Assembly: GCA_043757405.1 (NCBI GenBank) | Contig: JAYVPI010000001.1 | Coordinates: forward strand, 211,437-275,436 | Reading direction: 5' to 3' | Length of the DNA stretch: 64,000 nucleotides | Source: Alphaproteobacteria bacterium | Lineage (GTDB): Bacteria > Pseudomonadota > Alphaproteobacteria > Rickettsiales > 21-14-0-20-44-7 | In this document: in pieces, positions 60,698 to 64,000 of the stretch | How the letters are laid out: the number at the start of each line of letters is the position of its first letter | Numbering within the stretch: the first letter of the stretch is position 1 | Translations under genes and position numbers: made by a program | Notes under the pieces: model-generated | Told to the model about the DNA's origin: nothing | Databases searched by the model: none | The model's input: the letters and a program-made list of their open reading frames with translations, nothing else

Positions 60698-61425
60698 TCA
60701 AAGGTTAGAATTTTTCTCTTTTTCAAGTAACGTACAGCACCCATCATAGCCACGCATAATAAAGAAGCTATTATGAGACTTATTTCGATGTTGCCGGTGG
60801 TGATGTAGAGCTTATACTGCTCAATGAATAAAATTATCAAAAATGTAGTGAAAATTGTTGGGTAATCTTTGATAATGACTTTGCGGAAGTTGAAAAACAT
60901 CCCTTTAGTCGCAGTGCGGAATTGCGTGAAATCGATAATCCAACGGTTGGTTTGCATTTCGTAAACATCATATTCGGCACCAAATTTATTGCGTAAATAT
61001 CTTTCCTCAGTGGCGATGATGCAGATATAGATAAAATAAAATAACAAGGAACCAACGACTATTGCCAGAGGCGTGCCGTAAAAGAGGAAAATGCCAACGT
61101 AGATTAGCATATTGCCATAATAAAGCGGGTTCCGGCAGATGGTGAACATGCCTTCCGTCACCAATTTATCGGCGAAGACTTGTTTATTGACTCCGCCGCG
61201 TTTGATATATGCAAAACCGATGACCAATGCACGCACCAGAAGTCCGGATAGCGAAAGAAGGATCGCTATTCCATCTTTGATGCCTTCAATGGCATTAGCG
61301 CGGAATAATGCATATGGCGGCTGGATCAGGAACAACACCCCGATAACAAGTGGAAACACTTTGTTGCGATATTTAAAAAAGAAATTGCCGATTTTGACGA
61401 TTGTATCGTTTTTATAAATGCTCAT
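60694..61425 (-). CDS. Isoprenylcysteine carboxyl methyltransferase (ICMT/PEMT) family membrane protein
   Basis: Polytopic protein with the RNPLYYGNMLIYVG motif, typical of the family. Confidence 0.7.
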   Translation of the reverse strand: MSIYKNDTIVKIGNFFFKYRNKVFPLVIGVLFLIQPPYALFRANAIEGIKDGIAILLSLSGLLVRALVIGFAYIKRGGVNKQVFADKLVTEGMFTICRNPLYYGNMLIYVGIFLFYGTPLAIVVGSLLFYFIYICIIATEERYLRNKFGAEYDVYEMQTNRWIIDFTQFRTATKGMFFNFRKVIIKDYPTIFTTFLIILFIEQYKLYITTGNIEISLIIASLLCVAMMGAVRYLKKRKILTFE

Positions 61426-61442
61426 AACTCTCCAGACTTCCT

Positions 61443-61536
61443 GTCACCCCGTCCCCAGCCTTCGCTGGGGCAAGCCTTTGTGACGGGGTCAAGCGGTTCT
61501 TGTAAACGCCAGACCCCGCAACAAGTGCGGGGTGAC
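61443..61536. repeat. Mosaic GTCACCCC...GGGGTGAC element
   Basis: The right arm CCGCAACAAGTGCGGGGTGACGG (61516-61538) is identical to 44454-44476. The internal CCCAGCCTTCGCTGGG is identical to the module in lnt (53402-53417). Confidence 0.8.
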
Positions 61537-61566
61537 GGATAATATTTGTTATTTTAAATGTATCCA

Positions 61567-62334
61567 TCACTTGATTGCGATAATTGCGCAGAAATTATAC
61601 CAGCGGAAATAAACTTCCATGCTTTTGAAGCCGACACGCTTGAGCATGTCAAAGTTTTCATCCATGCGATACGGAATCAGCACATTTTCCAGCGCTTCCC
61701 GTTTTTGTGAGATTTCGGTTTCTGAATAACCATTACGGCGCTTGAAATCATAATAATTATCGATGAACAAGCGATTAAAGATTGTATCTTCGCTAGTCAC
61801 CTTCTCAATCAAAATGAAACAACCGTCATTATTAAGTCCGTCATAAATATTCTGTACTATCCGCTCACGGTGCAAAGGCCGCGCAAATTGCAGAGTCAAA
61901 ATCATCGTGGCGACGCTTGCATTCTCAATCGAAAATGGCTGGTGCAAATCTGCCGTAACCAAATCAATATCCCGCGTAATTCCTGATTCAGCAATTTTGG
62001 TACGCGCTTTTTCAAGCATCTCCGGCGCATTGTCATAGCCAACGAATTTGACTGATTTATCAACTATATCGTCAAATAAAATCATCGTCGTCGCCGTCGA
62101 GCAGCCGATATCATATAAATTCGTGCCTGGCTTGGCGAATTCCGCCACCAGCTCCCCGGTCATGCGCTGCATCTCGGCATAATATGGGACAGAGCGCGAA
62201 ACCATATCGTCAAAGACCTTGGCCACTTTTTGATCGAATTTGAAATCATTGACGCTGGCATTGCCGTCGGCAAATACCTTGTCCGACCCTACTGGCGCCG
62301 ATAACACCAATTTGGGAGTTTTGTCATTTTTCAT
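61567..62334 (-). CDS. cmoA: Carboxy-S-adenosyl-L-methionine synthase CmoA-like methyltransferase
   Basis: FDDMVSRSVPYYAEMQRM...LYDIGCSTATT resembles E. coli CmoA (recalled from memory). Confidence 0.7.
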   Translation of the reverse strand: MKNDKTPKLVLSAPVGSDKVFADGNASVNDFKFDQKVAKVFDDMVSRSVPYYAEMQRMTGELVAEFAKPGTNLYDIGCSTATTMILFDDIVDKSVKFVGYDNAPEMLEKARTKIAESGITRDIDLVTADLHQPFSIENASVATMILTLQFARPLHRERIVQNIYDGLNNDGCFILIEKVTSEDTIFNRLFIDNYYDFKRRNGYSETEISQKREALENVLIPYRMDENFDMLKRVGFKSMEVYFRWYNFCAIIAIK

Positions 62335-62362
62335 GTGGGGGAATTTACTGTTTTAAGCCGCC

Positions 62363-63658
62363 TTAGGCAAGCTTATTCCTCAATTTGTCCCAATATGCCA
62401 TACGTTTCACAATCTCCCGCTCAAACCCGCGGTCAACGGGCTTGTAATAGGATGCACGCTGCATATTATCGGGAAAATAGTTCTGCCCTGAGAAGCCTTC
62501 CTCAGTGTCGTGGTCATATTGATAACCCTTGCCATACCCCTCCTCCTTCATCAATTTGGTCGGGGCATTCAATATATGTTTCGGCGGCATCAACGATCCG
62601 GATTTTTTAGCATCCCGATTCGCCGCCCCATATGCCGTATAAAGCGCGTTCGATTTTGGCGCAGTGGCAAGATATACGACTAATTGGGCGATATTCAACT
62701 CACCCTCAGGCGAACCCAAAGTTTCATAAGCAGTTTGCGCCGCGATTGCCTGCAGCAAGGCTTGAGGATCGGCCATGCCGATATCTTCTGAGGAAAATCT
62801 TATTAACCGGCGCACGATATATAATGGGTTCTCACCACCATCCAGCATCCTCGAAAACCAATAAAGCGCCGCATCAACATCCGAGCCGCGCAGGCTTTTA
62901 TGCAGCGCCGAAATCAAATTATAATGCCCTTCTTGCGACTTATCATATAGCGGTGCGCGTTTTTGGATCAGTTCCAGCAGGCTTTCAGAATCAAGCGGGG
63001 TTTTTATATTGAATAACTCCTCCACCATATTTAGCAAATACCGCCCATCCCCATCCGCCAGGGAACACAACAATTCCCGCGCCGCTTCGTCTAATGATAA
63101 TTTCTTGCCGGTAAAGCCCTCTGCCTGCTTCAGCATTTCCAATAATACTGATGTTTCCAGCCGCTTGAGAACCAGCACCTTGCACCGCGAAAGCAATGCG
63201 CCGTTGATTTCAAATGATGGATTTTCAGTGGTCGCGCCAATCAGCGTAATCGTCCCATTCTCCACATACGGCAAAAACAAATCCTGCTGCGAGCGGTTGA
63301 AGCGGTGAATTTCATCTACTAATAATATCGTCCGCTTACCCGCCGCTTTATCAATCTCCGCTTTCTCAAAAACCTTGCGCAAATCCGCCGTCGCCTGCTG
63401 GATTGCCGAAAACTTGATGAAATTCGCCTTCACCTTCTCCGCAATCAGCCGCGCAATCGTAGTCTTCCCGCAACCCGGCGGCCCCCAGAAAATAATCGAC
63501 GGCAAATTGCCGCTATCCAATGATTTGATAAACAACGAATCCGCAGAAAGTACATGTTCCTGCCCCAGCACTTCACCGAAATTGGTTGGCCGCATCTTAT
63601 CCGCCAGTGGGCGCAGGTCATCGGCGGGGGCAAGGTCTAATATAGGTTGTGATGGCAT
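62363..63658 (-). CDS. rarA: Replication-associated recombination protein A (AAA+ ATPase RarA/MgsA)
   Basis: GPPGCGKTT and VDEIHRFN are present. The start is set at ATG 63658 (MPSQPILDL). Confidence 0.9.
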   Translation of the reverse strand: MPSQPILDLAPADDLRPLADKMRPTNFGEVLGQEHVLSADSLFIKSLDSGNLPSIIFWGPPGCGKTTIARLIAEKVKANFIKFSAIQQATADLRKVFEKAEIDKAAGKRTILLVDEIHRFNRSQQDLFLPYVENGTITLIGATTENPSFEINGALLSRCKVLVLKRLETSVLLEMLKQAEGFTGKKLSLDEAARELLCSLADGDGRYLLNMVEELFNIKTPLDSESLLELIQKRAPLYDKSQEGHYNLISALHKSLRGSDVDAALYWFSRMLDGGENPLYIVRRLIRFSSEDIGMADPQALLQAIAAQTAYETLGSPEGELNIAQLVVYLATAPKSNALYTAYGAANRDAKKSGSLMPPKHILNAPTKLMKEEGYGKGYQYDHDTEEGFSGQNYFPDNMQRASYYKPVDRGFEREIVKRMAYWDKLRNKLA

Positions 63659-63699
63659 CTTTATAATATAATCAATAATTCTTATATTTAAAGGTAGAT

Positions 63700-64000
63700 A
63701 TGGCAATTAGCATTCCCAAAATAATCTGGCCGGATAATGCGGCTGATGCAGTTATTATTCAAAATGAATTGCGGCACAAAGTCAGCTTGAGAAATGACTT
63801 TCCTGAAATTAAAACCATCGCCGGAGTCGATTGCAGCTTCGGTGATGAGGGGCGGGTTTCCAAAGCTTTTATCGTATTAATGAAATTCCCTGAGCTGGAA
63901 GTTATCACCTCCACCCATGCCGAACTTCCCACCACTTTCCCATATATCCCCGGCTTTCTCTCCTTCCGTGAAATCCCGGTTATTTTGGAGGCGATAAAAC
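63700..64000 (+). CDS. nfi: Endonuclease V (3' end outside window)
   Basis: The ORF is open from ATG 63700 to the window end. It contains IAGVDCSF and PYIPGFLSFREIP. It is absent from the ORF track because there is no stop in the window. Confidence 0.85.
   Translation, partial: MAISIPKIIWPDNAADAVIIQNELRHKVSLRNDFPEIKTIAGVDCSFGDEGRVSKAFIVLMKFPELEVITSTHAELPTTFPYIPGFLSFREIPVILEAIK

Noticed and set aside
62335-62610. 91-aa plus-strand ORF between cmoA and rarA
   Set aside because: It is mostly antisense to the rarA 3' end and has no motifs. The composition is typical of a shadow frame.

Overview
The window is a 64-kb chromosomal segment that is densely coding on both strands, with about 60 CDS and one tRNA. 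Gene content and synteny look alphaproteobacterial: clpP-clpX, lptD-surA-rsmA, mlaEF, kdsA-pyrG, recO-era, lolE-lolD, and lnt-XRE-metK-trmB. Flagellar genes are scattered (fliR, flgL, fliW), and flgL is preceded by a consensus sigma-54 promoter. A host-associated lineage is only an inference, drawn from vapBC, an EF-hand protein and several orphan ORFs. Almost every gene is housekeeping. I see no defence island, prophage, CRISPR array, rRNA or transposase.

The unusual signal is at sub-gene scale. The region from 20.9 to 61.5 kb is invaded by short palindromic insertion elements.

- (a) A modular superfamily with GTCAYCC...GGRTGAC termini has at least 15 copies. Five are inserted in frame inside dnaE, trmB, lnt, bioF and bioA. 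Others supply the dnaE stop codon, the bioF C-terminus and the lnt Shine-Dalgarno.
- (b) An unrelated CCTCC/GGAGG double-hairpin element is inserted in the same orientation and frame in mutL and thiC.
- (c) A TCGTTGATCG palindrome family has two copies.
- (d) A GTCTTCGGAC/TCAGAC stem family has one copy that encloses a four-helix-bundle ('23S rRNA intervening sequence protein'/Avd-like) ORF as a hairpin cassette. That cassette lies downstream of rpmG, not in an rRNA gene.

This behaviour resembles the Rickettsia palindromic elements. Whether these families are already described cannot be decided without a database search.

Other observations: two composite nested elements lie in inverted orientation around a 2.7-kb block. 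The bioF and bioB start codons overlap head to head. bioB contains a 7-nt x4 tandem repeat. thiC is translationally overlapped with bioA, leaving no room for a TPP riboswitch. The vapBC module has a four-half-site operator.

All calls come from reading the sequence and the ORF track. No searches were run, and repeat boundaries are accurate to about +/-3 nt.
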